Source: an uncultured bacterium (GTDB lineage: Bacteria; Krumholzibacteriota; Krumholzibacteriia; Krumholzibacteriales; Krumholzibacteriaceae). Taken from it: a stretch of 64,000 nucleotides of DNA. The DNA is taken from positions 96,001 through 160,000 of the forward strand of contig CAWFAD010000007.1 in the NCBI GenBank assembly GCA_963813815.1, read 5' to 3'. The translations under genes and the position numbers were made by a program. Positions 1 to 11,349 of the stretch are shown here, in pieces (positions within the stretch are counted from its first letter, which is position 1; every line of letters begins with the position of its first letter). The notes beneath the pieces were generated by a model. That model saw nothing but the letters and a program-made list of their open reading frames with translations. It made no database searches and was not told the DNA's origin.

Positions 1-1338
1 GACGATGAACGCGGCGGCGAGGGCCGGGGCGAGGAGCATCCACAGCCGGTGGAACGGAACGAGGAAGAACGGCTGGAGCATCTCGCTCAGGATCACCCGA
101 TCTCGGGAGCTTCCCTCGGCGGCGGCGATCCGCCAGAGGTCCTTCGGCGGAAAGCCCTGCTCGTACACGACGGCGCTTCGCATCTCGAGGGCGGGGTGCG
201 CCGCGCGGTAGGCCTCGATGCCGAGGGTGCTGGCCCGCTCCAGCCAGACGCCCGATTGGGCGAAGAGCATCTTTTTGATGTACGCCTGCCCGATGTTGTA
301 ATGAACGACGGCGTTCGTCGAATCGAGCTCGACGGCGCTTCGGTATCCCGCCAGAGCCTTGTCGTAGTCCCCCTGCATGAAGTAGACGTTGCCGAGGTTG
401 ACGAACGCGGGCGCGAAGCCCGGGTCTGCCGACACGGCCTCGAGGAGGTATTCGCGCGCCTCGCCGTGGAGTCCGAGCCGGTACATCATGGTGCCCACGG
501 CGTAGTCGCGCTCGGCCCGGTACCGGTTCTCGTCGATCGCGCGGATCTCGACGAGCCGCCGGGAGCTCACGGAACGCTCGTTCACGAGCGAGAGACACCG
601 CGCCGCCGAGCCGGGATCCGCGGCGGGAGCGAAGCGGTTCGACAGAGACGACGCGAATGAGGCGGCCGAAAGGATCGCCGCGAGCGAGAAGACGAGTATC
701 CGCTCGCGCTTTCCGAGGAACGCCCAGAGCGCGACTATGAGGGCCGCGATGTATATTCCGAGCCCGAGCCTCAAAAAGGCGAGGGCGAGCACGGCGAGCG
801 GAAGAATCCACGCCGCCGGCAGCTTCCGGAACCGCAGCGAGCGGTTTTCGGCGATCGTATGGTCGATGAATCCCCAGTACCGGGCGAGAAAGGACACGAG
901 CAGCGTGAAGAGCGCGCCGGCGAGGGCGAGCGCCGCGAGGGCGCCCCAGTTGAGCGCCGCGATGCCGGCGCCGGGAAAGCCGGTAAAGGACCGCCGCAGC
1001 CCCTCGATGAAGAGCATGACGCCTTCGGGATGGCCGGAGAGGAGCTCGACTCTCGCGAGCGTGAAAAGAGGCGCGGCGTTGTCTCCCGAGAGGGCCGCCG
1101 CGAGATGGAGCTTCTCGATGGCCTCGTCCCGGCGTCCGCCGGCGAGATCCTCGAGCGCCTCGCGGTGGAGAATCTTGGAAGTGACCGGGAGCGCGGGCGC
1201 GCCCCGTTCGAACTCGTCCCGGCTGTAGTCTCTAACCTGTTCGCTTTGTATCAGTTCAATTGTTTTCGCCATGGAGTCCATGCAGAATGCGACGAGACCC
1301 CACAGGGCCAAAAAAACGATGATCACTCGACGCGTCAT
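1..1338 (-). CDS. Membrane-anchored TPR-repeat protein (partial, runs off the window start)
   Basis: Read manually; absent from the ORF track because it has no stop in the window. ATG at 1338 with AAAGG upstream. Starts MTRRVIIVFLALWGLVAF, has several TM segments, and TPR-like stretches AFVNLGNVYFMQGDYDKALAGYRSAVELD and VHYNIGQAY. Confidence 0.8.
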   Translation of the reverse strand, partial: MTRRVIIVFLALWGLVAFCMDSMAKTIELIQSEQVRDYSRDEFERGAPALPVTSKILHREALEDLAGGRRDEAIEKLHLAAALSGDNAAPLFTLARVELLSGHPEGVMLFIEGLRRSFTGFPGAGIAALNWGALAALALAGALFTLLVSFLARYWGFIDHTIAENRSLRFRKLPAAWILPLAVLALAFLRLGLGIYIAALIVALWAFLGKRERILVFSLAAILSAASFASSLSNRFAPAADPGSAARCLSLVNERSVSSRRLVEIRAIDENRYRAERDYAVGTMMYRLGLHGEAREYLLEAVSADPGFAPAFVNLGNVYFMQGDYDKALAGYRSAVELDSTNAVVHYNIGQAYIKKMLFAQSGVWLERASTLGIEAYRAAHPALEMRSAVVYEQGFPPKDLWRIAAAEGSSRDRVILSEMLQPFFLVPFHRLWMLLAPALAAAFIV

Positions 1339-1527
1339 AACCTTTTGCCCGGTTGTTAGTTTCACTATGTCAACGGGGGCGCGGGCGCCCCGCCTTTGCC
1401 TCCGCGATGTAACCGCACGCGACAAACGGCAAGAATCGTGCCGTGGACTTTTCGCTTCGCTTTTCTATATTTACACGGTCCACGCGAGGTGGTACATACT
1501 TTCGATGCGACGATGAAGGGAGGCTCC

Positions 1528-2820
1528 ATGCAGGCGACCGAGGTGCGGGCGATAGGCGAGTTCGACGGACGGGAGGCGCTGCTCTCGGGGTGGGTGTACA
1601 ATATCCGGTCGAGCGGCAAGATCCTCTTCATATTGCTTCGGGACGGCACCGGCACGATACAGTGCGTCGTCGAGAAGGCGGCCGGCGGAAATCTCTTCGA
1701 GGAGGCCTCGCGCCTCACGCAGGAATCGTCCGTCGAGATCTCGGGGACCGTGCGCTCCGACAAGCGCGCCCCGGGCGGGTGGGAGATGCGCGTCACGGGG
1801 CTCCGGGTGATTCAGATCGCCGAAGGCTATCCGATCACCCCGAAGGAGCACGGGACCGATTTTCTCATGGACAACCGGCACCTGTGGCTCCGCAGCCAGC
1901 GGCAGCACGCCATCATGACCGTGCGCGCCGGTCTCATCCGCTTCGTGCGGGATTTCTTCGACAACCGCGGCTTTCTCTGCATCGACGCCCCCGTCTTCAC
2001 TCCGAACGCCTGCGAGGGGACGACGACCCTCTTCGAGACCGACTACTTCGGCGACAAGGCGTACCTCACGCAGAGCGGCCAGCTCTACAACGAGGCGAAC
2101 GCCGCGGCGTTCCGGAAGGTGTACTGCTTCGGACCCACCTTCCGCGCCGAAAAATCGAAAACGCGCCGCCATCTCATCGAGTTCTGGATGGTGGAGCCCG
2201 AGGTCGCCTTCGCGGGGCTCGACGACATCATCGATCTCGCCGAGGACCTCATCGTCGAGGTCGTCGGCCGCTGCCTCGAGAGCTACCGGCCGCTCCTCGC
2301 CGGGGTCCTCGAGCGCGACGTCGCGAAGCTCGAGCGCGTGCAGAAACCGTTTCCCCGCATATCGTACGACGAAGCCGCCGCGATTTTGAAGCGCAAGGGG
2401 GCCGCCTTCGAGCGCGGGAGCGACTTCGGCGGCACGGACGAGACGCTCATCTCCGAAGAGTACGACCGGCCGCTCTTCGTGCACCGGTTCCCCTCGGCGA
2501 TCAAGGCGTTCTACATGGCTCCCGATCCCGTCGATCCTTCCCTCAGCCTCTCCGTCGACCTCCTCGCCTCGGAAGGGTACGGCGAGATCATCGGCGGAGG
2601 GGAGCGCATTCACGATCTCGCGCTCCTCGAAAAGAGGATCGAGGAGCACGGTCTGCCGAAAAAGGCGTTCGAGTGGTATCTCGACCTCCGGCGCTACGGC
2701 ACGTTCCGGCACGCCGGTTTCGGGCTCGGCATCGAGCGGACCCTCTCGTACGTGTGCGGGCTTCAGCACGTGCGCGAGACCATTCCCTACCCGCGGCTCC
2801 TGAACCGGCTCTCGCCGTAG
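1528..2820 (+). CDS. asnS: Asparagine--tRNA ligase
   Basis: OB-fold N-terminus ([14 protein letters not shown]) plus [42 protein letters not shown] and [18 protein letters not shown] before ATG 1528. Confidence 0.96.
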   Translation: MQATEVRAIGEFDGREALLSGWVYNIRSSGKILFILLRDGTGTIQCVVEKAAGGNLFEEASRLTQESSVEISGTVRSDKRAPGGWEMRVTGLRVIQIAEGYPITPKEHGTDFLMDNRHLWLRSQRQHAIMTVRAGLIRFVRDFFDNRGFLCIDAPVFTPNACEGTTTLFETDYFGDKAYLTQSGQLYNEANAAAFRKVYCFGPTFRAEKSKTRRHLIEFWMVEPEVAFAGLDDIIDLAEDLIVEVVGRCLESYRPLLAGVLERDVAKLERVQKPFPRISYDEAAAILKRKGAAFERGSDFGGTDETLISEEYDRPLFVHRFPSAIKAFYMAPDPVDPSLSLSVDLLASEGYGEIIGGGERIHDLALLEKRIEEHGLPKKAFEWYLDLRRYGTFRHAGFGLGIERTLSYVCGLQHVRETIPYPRLLNRLSP

Positions 2821-2958
2821 CGGGCGGGGGCGAAGATTTTGCTATGCAGGAATCGAAGCCCGGTAGTAAGGTCGGCTCCGGGGACGGGGATCCCGTGCGC
2901 GACGGCCGCGCCGGCGGCGAGGATCCCCGTGGATTCGTCGTATGAAGGAGGTAGCGGA

Positions 2959-3525
2959 ATGAAACGAGCGATATTGATTCTCCTCGTGCTCGCCTTCAGC
3001 GCGAGCGGGGCGTTGGCGCAGCCGGATTCGTCTTACGTCGGTGTATTCAGCGACGTCAACCACAGCATCTGGCGAGTCGACTATACGGCGGTGCCGCCGG
3101 CGCCGACCCTGTTTTACGCGTACATTTGGTGGCTCCCGAGCGTCCGCGGGATTACCGGCGCCGAGTTCGCCCTCACCTATCCGACGTCGATGTCGGATAT
3201 GATTATCGCGCTCACTACACTGAACCCGACGGATCTTTTCGTGATGGGCACCCTCGCCTCGGGGATCACGATCGCCTGGAACGGCAACTGCATGACGGAC
3301 TGGACCTACTCGCACCGCCTGACGTGTTATCTCTTCAGCGTGAATCCCAACCAGATCATGATCGTGGAGCACCCGACCGTCGTTCCATCCGAGTACCACG
3401 TATCGACCTGCGAGCTCGGCACCCCGATCGAGCCCGTGAAGCGCTACACGCACCTCTATCTCAACTGGGACGGCGGGATAGCGGTGGAGAACACGAGCTG
3501 GGGGGCGATCAAGAGCCTCTTTTAG
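2959..3525 (+). CDS. Secreted beta-rich hypothetical protein with C-terminal SWGAIKSLF tail
   Basis: AAGGAGG RBS. Sec signal MKRAILILLVLAFSASGALA|Q. Ends IAVENTSWGAIKSLF. Confidence 0.85.
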   Translation: MKRAILILLVLAFSASGALAQPDSSYVGVFSDVNHSIWRVDYTAVPPAPTLFYAYIWWLPSVRGITGAEFALTYPTSMSDMIIALTTLNPTDLFVMGTLASGITIAWNGNCMTDWTYSHRLTCYLFSVNPNQIMIVEHPTVVPSEYHVSTCELGTPIEPVKRYTHLYLNWDGGIAVENTSWGAIKSLF

Positions 3526-3556
3526 GCCTCGACCACGGGAGATCGGAACCGCTTCG

Positions 3557-3584
3557 AACGGGCCGGCGTCGAGCCGGCCCGTTT
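3557..3584 (+). terminator. Intrinsic terminator-like hairpin
   Basis: AACGGGCCGGC-gtcga-GCCGGCCCGTT, ~30 nt after the stop codon; the U-tract is short. Confidence 0.6.
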
Positions 3585-3710
3585 CCATTCGCCCCATCTC
3601 GCTAGAATCGCCAACCTATTTATAAATAATAAAATACATGGCATCATGCGGCCGCCGTCCTCGATCGTTCCCGCGGGCGTCCTTAGGTAAAAGGCACCAT
3701 AATTTTTAGC

Positions 3711-3739
3711 TTGAAAAGGGCGGCGGTTGGGAGTACAAT
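3711..3739 (+). promoter_or_regulatory. Sigma70-type promoter
   Basis: TTGAAA-N17-TACAAT in the AT-rich intergenic region upstream of 3908. Confidence 0.65.
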
Positions 3740-3907
3740 GGGAGCGCTTAATCGTACAAATGAGCAAGGGGCGATCTAGGGGGCGCGTTTCACTGGAGCC
3801 GCGTGCGCTTGTCGAAGGAGGTGGCCGGGGAAATAAAAAAAGCTATCGACTCTCTCGCAATCGTTTCCACAGCGATACCGGGCTCAGTCTTTACTGGAGG
3901 GGTAAGC

Positions 3908-4615
3908 ATGACCAAAATGAAAACCATGGCGCTCGCGGCCGCGCTCGTGACGCTTCTCGCGTCGGCGGCCTATTCCATATGCGAGATTCTGCCGACCGAC
4001 GGCACGTACTCGACCTACGCGGGCACCCTGCTTTCGGGGCGCGTATCGGAGGCATGGTGCACGCTCCAGCGCCCGGGAGTGCCCGGCAACACTGAAAACG
4101 CCGAATCATGGAACGGCGCCGCTCTCGGCACGCAGTGGCATGCGTGGGGAATGGCGATCGACGAGGTCGGCCCGGTCGAGACCGCGCGCTTCCTCGACGC
4201 GGGCGGCACCGGCTGGATCGACTACAATACGAACTACGACGGCGGGCTCTTCTGGCTCGCCGGATCGGGACCGTGGGGAGGCCCCGCGGAGGGATTCACC
4301 GGCTTCATCACCTACTACAACGTGAGCACGAGGGTGACGTACGTCAACAACGCGATAGTCGGGGCCACCTCGAACGTCTTCTTCACCGGCGGCTTCGACA
4401 TCTGCCCGACCTGCTCCATCGAGTACGCGATCGCGAACGCCATGCTCGTCTGGCAGACGGGTATGCTGAACCAGCCCGCGAACTATCCGGCGTTCCTGTG
4501 CGACGCGACCGCCGGCGAGTACTTCGACGCGTGCTGCATCCAGGCCAAGATCTACTGCATTCCGATCGGCACGGAGCCCTCGTCCTGGGGCGCGATCAAA
4601 TCGATGTACCGCTGA
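3908..4615 (+). CDS. Secreted Cys-containing hypothetical protein with C-terminal SWGAIKSMYR tail
   Basis: GGAGG RBS. Signal peptide MTKMKTMALAAALVTLLASAAYS. Contains 8 Cys. Ends IGTEPSSWGAIKSMYR. Confidence 0.85.
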   Translation: MTKMKTMALAAALVTLLASAAYSICEILPTDGTYSTYAGTLLSGRVSEAWCTLQRPGVPGNTENAESWNGAALGTQWHAWGMAIDEVGPVETARFLDAGGTGWIDYNTNYDGGLFWLAGSGPWGGPAEGFTGFITYYNVSTRVTYVNNAIVGATSNVFFTGGFDICPTCSIEYAIANAMLVWQTGMLNQPANYPAFLCDATAGEYFDACCIQAKIYCIPIGTEPSSWGAIKSMYR

Positions 4616-4643
4616 GAAGGATCATTTTTCCGTTATCGCCTTC

Positions 4644-4678
4644 GAAGGGCCGGCGCGTGCGCCGGCCCTTCTCGTTTT
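4644..4678 (+). terminator. Intrinsic terminator
   Basis: GAAGGGCCGGCGC-gt-GCGCCGGCCCTTC followed by TCGTTTT. Confidence 0.7.
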
Positions 4679-4810
4679 CCCCCCGCCGTCCGGCGCTCCG
4701 CGCGCGCCCCGGGGCCGAATCGATGTTGATTTGGCGCCGGTCATTTGCTAGCTTACAATATCTTTTTCGTGCGCATCCGCTCCCTTGCTTCAAGGAGGAT
4801 TCTTGAGGAC

Positions 4811-7800
4811 ATGCTGAAGAAGCGATTGCTGCGCGGCTGCCTCGTCGCCGCGGCGCTCGGAGGCCTCGCCCTGCCGGCCGTCGGCGCCTTCGCGGGCGAG
4901 AACGAGGATCTCAACTTCGCCAAGAAGCTCCGTAGAGACGGCATGCACGTCGCGGCCGCCGAGGAGTTCCTGCGCTTCACCGAAAAATACCCGCAGAGCG
5001 CTCTCCGGCCGGAAGCGCTTTTCAGCGCCGGGGAGTCGTATCTTCAGGCGGGCAAGGCGGCGGACGCCCTCGGCGCCTACGAAAAGTTCATCGAGCAGTA
5101 TCCGCGGGACGAGCGGGCCTGCCTCGCGAGGCTTCAGCGCGGACGCGTTTTCAAGGCGCTCAAGCGCTACCGCGAGGGAGCCGAAGAGTTTCTTCTGATC
5201 CCCGAGGAGAATCCCGCCTGCCCCTCGTACGATCAGGCCCTGCTCGAAGCGGGGGACTGTCTCATCTCGCTCGGCGACTCCGAGGGCGCCGCGAAGGTGC
5301 TCCGGCGCCTCATCGGCGAGCGCAAGGATAGCGAGCTCGCCGCGAGGGCCCGCTACACGCTGGCCGTCGCGCTGACGAACACCGGGCGCGATCTCGAGGC
5401 AGAGACCGTTCTCGGCGAGGTCGTCTCGATGTATCCCCGCTCCCCCGTTCGGGCGCTCGCCCTTCTCGAGCTCGGCCGGAGAGCGGTCGCCAGGGGCGAC
5501 TACTCGCGCGCCGAGGGGCATTACCGGACGGTCGAAAAGGAGTTCGAGGAGGCCCCGCTCCCGGAGAAGGCGACGATCGGCATCATCGACATTCACGCGA
5601 AGCGCGGAAACGTCGAGGGAGTCCTCGCCGAGTCGGAGCGTTTTCTCAAGGCGTACCGCGCCTCCGACAGCAGGCCGCGCGTCATGCGGGGGGCGGTCGA
5701 CGCGGCATGGAAGCTCAAGAAGCACGATCGGGCGCTCGTGCTTATCGATTCGCTCGGCGCCTCGGCGGCCGCGGACACCTCCGGAGAGCTGCTCCTCATC
5801 GGAAGCCGCATATTGCTCGACAAGGGCAGGACGGACGAATCGCTCGCGCGCCTCGGAGAGATGCGGCGGCGGTTCCCGGCCTCGCCGCTCGCGAAGGACG
5901 CTCTCGTGCTCGAGGGCGACATCCGCGACCGGTCGGGTTCCCCGCTCGAGGCCGCCCGGCTCTACAACCTCGCCCTCATGGGCGCCGTCGACGCCGAGGA
6001 GCGGGTGAGGCTCTGCGCTAAGCTCGCCGAGCTCTCCGCCTCGAAGCTCGGCGATACGCTTTCGGCGATTCGCTACCACGCGATCGTGGCGAATGAGGAC
6101 AAGGGGGGGAGCGCGGCCGAGGAGGCTCTCTTTCAGGGGAGCGTGCTCCGCGAGCGGACCGGCGATCTCGACCGCGCCGCTCGGGGTTACGAGGATATCC
6201 TCGCGCGGTTTCCCGGCGGAGCGCGCGAGCGGGAGGCCCGCCAGCGCCTCGAATGGGTCTCGGCGCGGCCGCGGTGCACGGAGGCGGTCTCGCGCGCCCT
6301 CGCGCGGATAGCCGCATGGGACGCCCCCGCCGTCTACCGCGCTCTCGAGACGGGCTCCGTTCTCGTCGCGGACGCCCGCGACGCCGAGGCCGCGATCCCG
6401 CTCCTCGAGCGCTCGCTCGCGGGAGCGCTTCCCGATTCGCTTCGCGCAAAGGGAAGCTACTATCTCGGCCGCGCGCGTCTCATGCGGGCTTCGCTCATGG
6501 ATGCGCGGGGCGCGGGCGGATCTCCGGAGCGCGCGAAGGGTCTCGATCTCCTGCGGGAGACGATGCGGATGCAGGCGGGCGGCCCGTGGACGGAGCGGGC
6601 GCACCGGGCCTGGATCGAGGGGGACGTCTCGGCGGCGACGGGCGCCGAAAGATTGGCGAGGCTCGACGAGTATCTCGCCGTCCACGGGAGAAGCTCCGGC
6701 AGATGGTGGGCGCTCGTGAAGAAGGCGGAGATGCTCGGCGAACGGGCCTCGGCGGGAGACACCGCCGCCGCGAACGGGGCTCTCGCCGCCTCCCTCGCCG
6801 TCAAGGCGGGGGACGCGCCGCCGGCCGAGAAGAAGCAGGCCGCCTACCTCGCGGCCACGTTCCTCGGAGCCCGGCGCGGCCGCGCCGAGGCGGTCCGCGC
6901 CTACGAGGAGTTCATATCCGCGTATCCCGATGATCCTCGCGTCACGGCGATGCTCTACGATCTCGGGGAATCGCTGCTGGCTCTCGGCGACCACGCCGGC
7001 GCCGCGGCGGCATACGATCGATGCGTCTCCCGAGCCCCCGGCCGGGCGCTCGCCGAGCGGTGCGCGATCCGAAAGGGAGACTGTCTCTTTTATCAGGGCA
7101 AGTTCGCCGAATCGGCCGAGGCGTTCTCCGCCTTCGCCGCGAGCTTCCCGGGAAGCGATCTCGCCGGCGAAGCGACCCTCCGGGCCGCGTTCGCCCTCGA
7201 GAAGCAGGGGGACGACCGGCGGGCCGAGGAGCTCGTCGCCTCGCTCGCCGCGAGGAGCGCCGCCGCCGCGCCGGCTCGGGCGAGGGCGCTCGCGTGGCTC
7301 GGGACGCGGTACGCCGGACGGCGGGACTACGCGAAGGCGCGGCCGCTTCTCGACGAGCTCGTCGCCGTGGAGCGGACCTCCGCGAACGCCGCCCTCGCCG
7401 CGGAAGCGGCGCTCGGCGTCGGCGATTACCGCGCCGCGGAGAAGGGTTTCACGGAAGCCCTCCGGCTCTCCGGCGCGGACACGTGCCGCGTCGTCGCGGG
7501 CAGGGCGAAGGCGTACCTGCGCCTCGGCGACGCCGGAGCGTACGACGCCGACGCGCGGAGGCTCGCGGCCCGATGCGGCCCGGGGGGAGAGCTCGCCGGC
7601 ATACTTCTCGAGAAGGGGCGCATGGAGGCCGAGGCGGGGCGTTGCGAGAACGCCGCCAGAACCCTCGACGAGCTTCAGAAAAACCACCAGGGTTCGAGCG
7701 AGAGCGGCGAGGCGTATTTCTATCTCGCCCTCTGCGACCTCAAACGCGGCGGCTACGGGGAGGCCGCCGACAAGCTCGCGAGGTTCATCCAGGGCTCCCC

Positions 7801-8461
7801 GCGTTCGCCCATACTGCCGGAGGCATACTTCAAGCTCGCTTCGGCGCAGTACGGGGCCGGGAACCTGAACCTCGCCGCGCAGAACTACGCGCTCGCCGGC
7901 GAAGCGACGAAGGATTCCGAGCTCGAGTTCGCGGCGCGAAAGAATCTCGGCCGGGTCTATCAGCAGCTCGAGCAGTGGAACGACGCCGCGTCGACGTGGC
8001 AGAAGCTCGTCGAGGACTATCCCGAGCGGGACGGCATCGTCGAGGTTCTGTTCGATCTCGGATTCGCGTACGGCCAGGCGGGCCGCAACGAGCTCGCCTA
8101 CGACGTTTACAGCCGGATTCCCGACGTCGCGACGGACGAGGAGCAGCAGGGGCGCGCCCATTACTGGGCGGGAATGAGCCTCAAATCCCTGCGGCGCTTC
8201 GATGAGGCGATCCGCGAGTTTCTCCGCGTGCCATACCTGCGCACGGGAGGGATGTGGGGCGTGACGGCGAAGCTCGAGGCGGCCTCGTGCTACGAGCTCG
8301 TCGGCGACCTCGCCCAGGCGAAAACGATATACGACGGCGTGCTTGCCGCGCACGGCGCGGCCTCGGACTGGGGACGCGTCGCCTCCGAAGGAATCAAACG
8401 CGTCGAGGAGAGACGGGCGGGGGGCGGAGCGCCGTCCAGCGCGCCGGACAAAAAGGATTAG
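4811..8461 (+). CDS. Large exported TPR-repeat protein (BamD/CpoB-like repeats), ~1216 aa
   Basis: Signal peptide, then many TPR units ending in F/Y-P-x-S turns (EKYPQS, EQYPRD, RRFPAS, SFPGS, EDYPER). Confidence 0.85.
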   Translation: MLKKRLLRGCLVAAALGGLALPAVGAFAGENEDLNFAKKLRRDGMHVAAAEEFLRFTEKYPQSALRPEALFSAGESYLQAGKAADALGAYEKFIEQYPRDERACLARLQRGRVFKALKRYREGAEEFLLIPEENPACPSYDQALLEAGDCLISLGDSEGAAKVLRRLIGERKDSELAARARYTLAVALTNTGRDLEAETVLGEVVSMYPRSPVRALALLELGRRAVARGDYSRAEGHYRTVEKEFEEAPLPEKATIGIIDIHAKRGNVEGVLAESERFLKAYRASDSRPRVMRGAVDAAWKLKKHDRALVLIDSLGASAAADTSGELLLIGSRILLDKGRTDESLARLGEMRRRFPASPLAKDALVLEGDIRDRSGSPLEAARLYNLALMGAVDAEERVRLCAKLAELSASKLGDTLSAIRYHAIVANEDKGGSAAEEALFQGSVLRERTGDLDRAARGYEDILARFPGGAREREARQRLEWVSARPRCTEAVSRALARIAAWDAPAVYRALETGSVLVADARDAEAAIPLLERSLAGALPDSLRAKGSYYLGRARLMRASLMDARGAGGSPERAKGLDLLRETMRMQAGGPWTERAHRAWIEGDVSAATGAERLARLDEYLAVHGRSSGRWWALVKKAEMLGERASAGDTAAANGALAASLAVKAGDAPPAEKKQAAYLAATFLGARRGRAEAVRAYEEFISAYPDDPRVTAMLYDLGESLLALGDHAGAAAAYDRCVSRAPGRALAERCAIRKGDCLFYQGKFAESAEAFSAFAASFPGSDLAGEATLRAAFALEKQGDDRRAEELVASLAARSAAAAPARARALAWLGTRYAGRRDYAKARPLLDELVAVERTSANAALAAEAALGVGDYRAAEKGFTEALRLSGADTCRVVAGRAKAYLRLGDAGAYDADARRLAARCGPGGELAGILLEKGRMEAEAGRCENAARTLDELQKNHQGSSESGEAYFYLALCDLKRGGYGEAADKLARFIQGSPRSPILPEAYFKLASAQYGAGNLNLAAQNYALAGEATKDSELEFAARKNLGRVYQQLEQWNDAASTWQKLVEDYPERDGIVEVLFDLGFAYGQAGRNELAYDVYSRIPDVATDEEQQGRAHYWAGMSLKSLRRFDEAIREFLRVPYLRTGGMWGVTAKLEAASCYELVGDLAQAKTIYDGVLAAHGAASDWGRVASEGIKRVEERRAGGGAPSSAPDKKD

Positions 8462-8468
8462 ACCGAAC

Positions 8469-11312
8469 ATGGCTCGCGAGAACCTGGTCGTCCGGGGTGC
8501 GCGGGAGCACAACCTCAAGAACGTCACCGTCACCATTCCGCGGAACGCCTTCGTCGTGATCACGGGGTTGAGCGGTTCCGGCAAGTCGTCGCTCGCCTTC
8601 GACACGATCTACGCCGAGGGGCAGAGGCGCTACGTGGAATCGCTCTCGAGCTACGCGCGCCAGTTTCTCGAGCAGATGGAGAAGCCGGACGTCGACAGCA
8701 TCGAGGGGCTCTCCCCGGCGATTTCCATCGACCAGAAGACCTCCTCGCGGAATCCCCGCTCCACGGTCGGCACCATCACCGAGATCTACGATTATCTCCG
8801 CGTGCTCTTCGCGCGCGCCGGCGAACCGCATTGCCCCGGCTGCGGCCGCCCCATCGCCCGCCAGACCGTGGCGCAGGTCGTGGACCGGCTCCGGGGCGCC
8901 CCCGACGGCACGCGCCTCGAGATACTCGCGCCCGTGATACGCGGGAAAAAGGGGGAGCACCGCGCGGCCCTCGCGAAGCTCGCGAGCGAGGGGTTCACGA
9001 GGGTGCGCGCCGACGGCGTCGAGCGGGAGCTCGCGCCGGGGCTCGCCCTCGAGAAAACGAAGCGGCACACCGTCGAGGTCGTCGTGGACCGGCTGCGCGT
9101 CAAGGCCGGCGTCGAGCGCCGGCTGGCTGATTCGGCCGAGACGGCCGCCGCCGCGGGCGGGGGCGTCATCATCGTCGTCCAGAACGGCGTCGAGTCGCTC
9201 TACAGCCTCGAGTACTCGTGCCCGTACTGCGGCGGAAGCCTCGGGGAGGTTTCGCCGCGCATGTTCTCCTTCAACTCGCCGTACGGGGCGTGCGCCGAGT
9301 GCCACGGCCTCGGGACGCGGAACGATTTCGCGCGGGAGCTCGTCGTCCCCGACGCTTCGCGGAGCATCGCGGAGGGCGCGCTCGCGCCGATCGATCCGGC
9401 GAAGGCGAACTGGTATCGCGCGCGGCTCGAGGCGCTCGCCGAACGGCTCGGCTTCTCGCTCGCAACGCCCTTCCGGCGCCTTTCCCGAGAGGCGCAGGAA
9501 GCCGTGCTCAACGGCGCCGAGGGGGAGATCGTCGTCCGGTACGATTTCGAGCGAGGCAAGGGCGAATACTGCACCTCCTGGGAGGGCGTCATTCCGAACC
9601 TCCGGCGGCGCTACCACCAGACGAAGTCGGAGGCGATCCGCCGCTGGATCGAGACGTTCATGACTCAGAGCCCGTGCCCGGCGTGCGGCGGAACGCGGCT
9701 TCGCCGGGAGAGCCTCGCCGTCACGCTCGCCGGACGCAACATCGCCGAGGTCTCTTCCCTCACGATCGTCCGTTCCCTCGAGTTCTTCTCGTCGCTGCCG
9801 CTCGCCGGAAACGCGAAGATCATCGGCGAGCCGCTGCTGCGGGAGATCACCGCGCGCCTCGGTTTTCTCGCGAACGTCGGGCTTTCCTATCTCGCGCTCG
9901 ACCGGTCGGCGGCGACGCTCGCCGGGGGCGAGGCGCAGCGCATCCGGCTCGCGACCCAGATCGGATCGAAGCTCGTCGGCGTGCTGTATATACTCGACGA
10001 GCCCTCGATCGGCCTCCACCACCGCGACAACGTCCGCCTCATCGACACCCTCAAGGAGCTGCGGGACGCGGGGAACACGGTGATCGTCATCGAGCACGAC
10101 CGCGAAACGATCCTCGCCGCCGACTACGTGATCGATCTCGGGCCGGGCGCCGGGGAGAGGGGCGGCTACGTCGTCTGCGAGGGCACCCCCGCGGAGATCA
10201 CCGCCTGTCCCGAGAGCCTCACCGGGCGCTATCTCGAGGAGGAGCGATGGTTCGACCTCCGGAGGGGCACCGAGCGGGGCTCGGGCCGGTCGCTCGTGGT
10301 GCGCGGTGCGCGGGCCAACAACCTCAAGAACATCGACGTCGAGATCCCCCTCGGCAAGCTCGTCGTCGTGACCGGCGTGTCGGGATCGGGCAAGAGCACG
10401 CTCGTGAACGACATTCTCTACCGCGCGCTCGGGATGCATTTTTACCGGTCCGCCGAGCTTCCGGGGGCGCACGACCGCATCGAGGGCGTCGAGCATCTCG
10501 ACAAGGTCATCGACATCGATCAGTCGCCGATCGGACGCACCCCGCGCTCGAACCCGGCGACCTACACGGGCGTGTTCGGGCCGATCCGCGACCTTTTCGC
10601 GCGGCTCCCCGACGCTCGCATGCGCGGCTATCAGCCGGGGAGATTCAGCTTCAACGTCCGCGGCGGGCGCTGCGAAAACTGTCGCGGCGAGGGGATGATC
10701 AAGGTCGAGATGCATTTTCTCCCGGACGTCTACGTGCACTGCCAGGAGTGCAAGGGCCGCCGCTACGGCCGGGAGACGCTCGAGGTGTCCTTCAAGGGCC
10801 GGAACATAGCCGAGGTGCTCGACATGACGGTCGAGGAGGCGCACGCGTTCTTCGAGAACGTCCCGCAGATCGCGCGGAAGCTCGAGGTGCTCGCGAGCGT
10901 CGGTCTCGGTTACCTCAGGCTCGGGCAGCCGGCGACGACGCTGTCGGGGGGGGAGGCGCAGCGGGTGAAGCTCGCGGCCGAGCTCTCGAGAACGGGCACC
11001 GGCAACACCCTCTACATCCTCGACGAGCCGAGCACGGGGCTCCATTTCGAGGACGTGAAGCTGCTCATGGCGGTGCTCGACGCGCTCGTCGAAAAAGGGA
11101 ACACGGTGCTCGTGATCGAGCACAATCCCGAAATCATCAGACTCGCCGACCACATCATCGATCTCGGACCGGAGGGCGGGGAAGAGGGGGGCGGCGTCGT
11201 CTTCGCGGGGGCGCCGCGCGACATCGTGGATTGCGAGGGCTCTTACACGGGCAGGATGCTCGCGAAGTTCCTCCGTCCCGGAGCGTCCCGAGGGGCGGGA
11301 AAATGCTATTGA
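8469..11312 (+). CDS. uvrA: Excinuclease ABC subunit A
   Basis: GAREHNLKN, two Walker A motifs ([18 protein letters not shown]), zinc fingers, [12 protein letters not shown] and [12 protein letters not shown]. Confidence 0.98.
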   Translation: MARENLVVRGAREHNLKNVTVTIPRNAFVVITGLSGSGKSSLAFDTIYAEGQRRYVESLSSYARQFLEQMEKPDVDSIEGLSPAISIDQKTSSRNPRSTVGTITEIYDYLRVLFARAGEPHCPGCGRPIARQTVAQVVDRLRGAPDGTRLEILAPVIRGKKGEHRAALAKLASEGFTRVRADGVERELAPGLALEKTKRHTVEVVVDRLRVKAGVERRLADSAETAAAAGGGVIIVVQNGVESLYSLEYSCPYCGGSLGEVSPRMFSFNSPYGACAECHGLGTRNDFARELVVPDASRSIAEGALAPIDPAKANWYRARLEALAERLGFSLATPFRRLSREAQEAVLNGAEGEIVVRYDFERGKGEYCTSWEGVIPNLRRRYHQTKSEAIRRWIETFMTQSPCPACGGTRLRRESLAVTLAGRNIAEVSSLTIVRSLEFFSSLPLAGNAKIIGEPLLREITARLGFLANVGLSYLALDRSAATLAGGEAQRIRLATQIGSKLVGVLYILDEPSIGLHHRDNVRLIDTLKELRDAGNTVIVIEHDRETILAADYVIDLGPGAGERGGYVVCEGTPAEITACPESLTGRYLEEERWFDLRRGTERGSGRSLVVRGARANNLKNIDVEIPLGKLVVVTGVSGSGKSTLVNDILYRALGMHFYRSAELPGAHDRIEGVEHLDKVIDIDQSPIGRTPRSNPATYTGVFGPIRDLFARLPDARMRGYQPGRFSFNVRGGRCENCRGEGMIKVEMHFLPDVYVHCQECKGRRYGRETLEVSFKGRNIAEVLDMTVEEAHAFFENVPQIARKLEVLASVGLGYLRLGQPATTLSGGEAQRVKLAAELSRTGTGNTLYILDEPSTGLHFEDVKLLMAVLDALVEKGNTVLVIEHNPEIIRLADHIIDLGPEGGEEGGGVVFAGAPRDIVDCEGSYTGRMLAKFLRPGASRGAGKCY

Positions 11313-11349
11313 CCTGGCCCGGGGAAAAGGTTAATCAAAGGGGTTGAAT

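Noticed and set aside
5..1359. + strand ORFs at the window start (49-660, 737-1228, 859-1359)
   Set aside because: They are antisense to the real minus-strand TPR membrane protein gene.
11309..11349. Glycine riboswitch or promoter before gcvT
   Set aside because: Only 37 nt separate uvrA and gcvT, leaving no room for an aptamer; TTGACC has no well-spaced -10.
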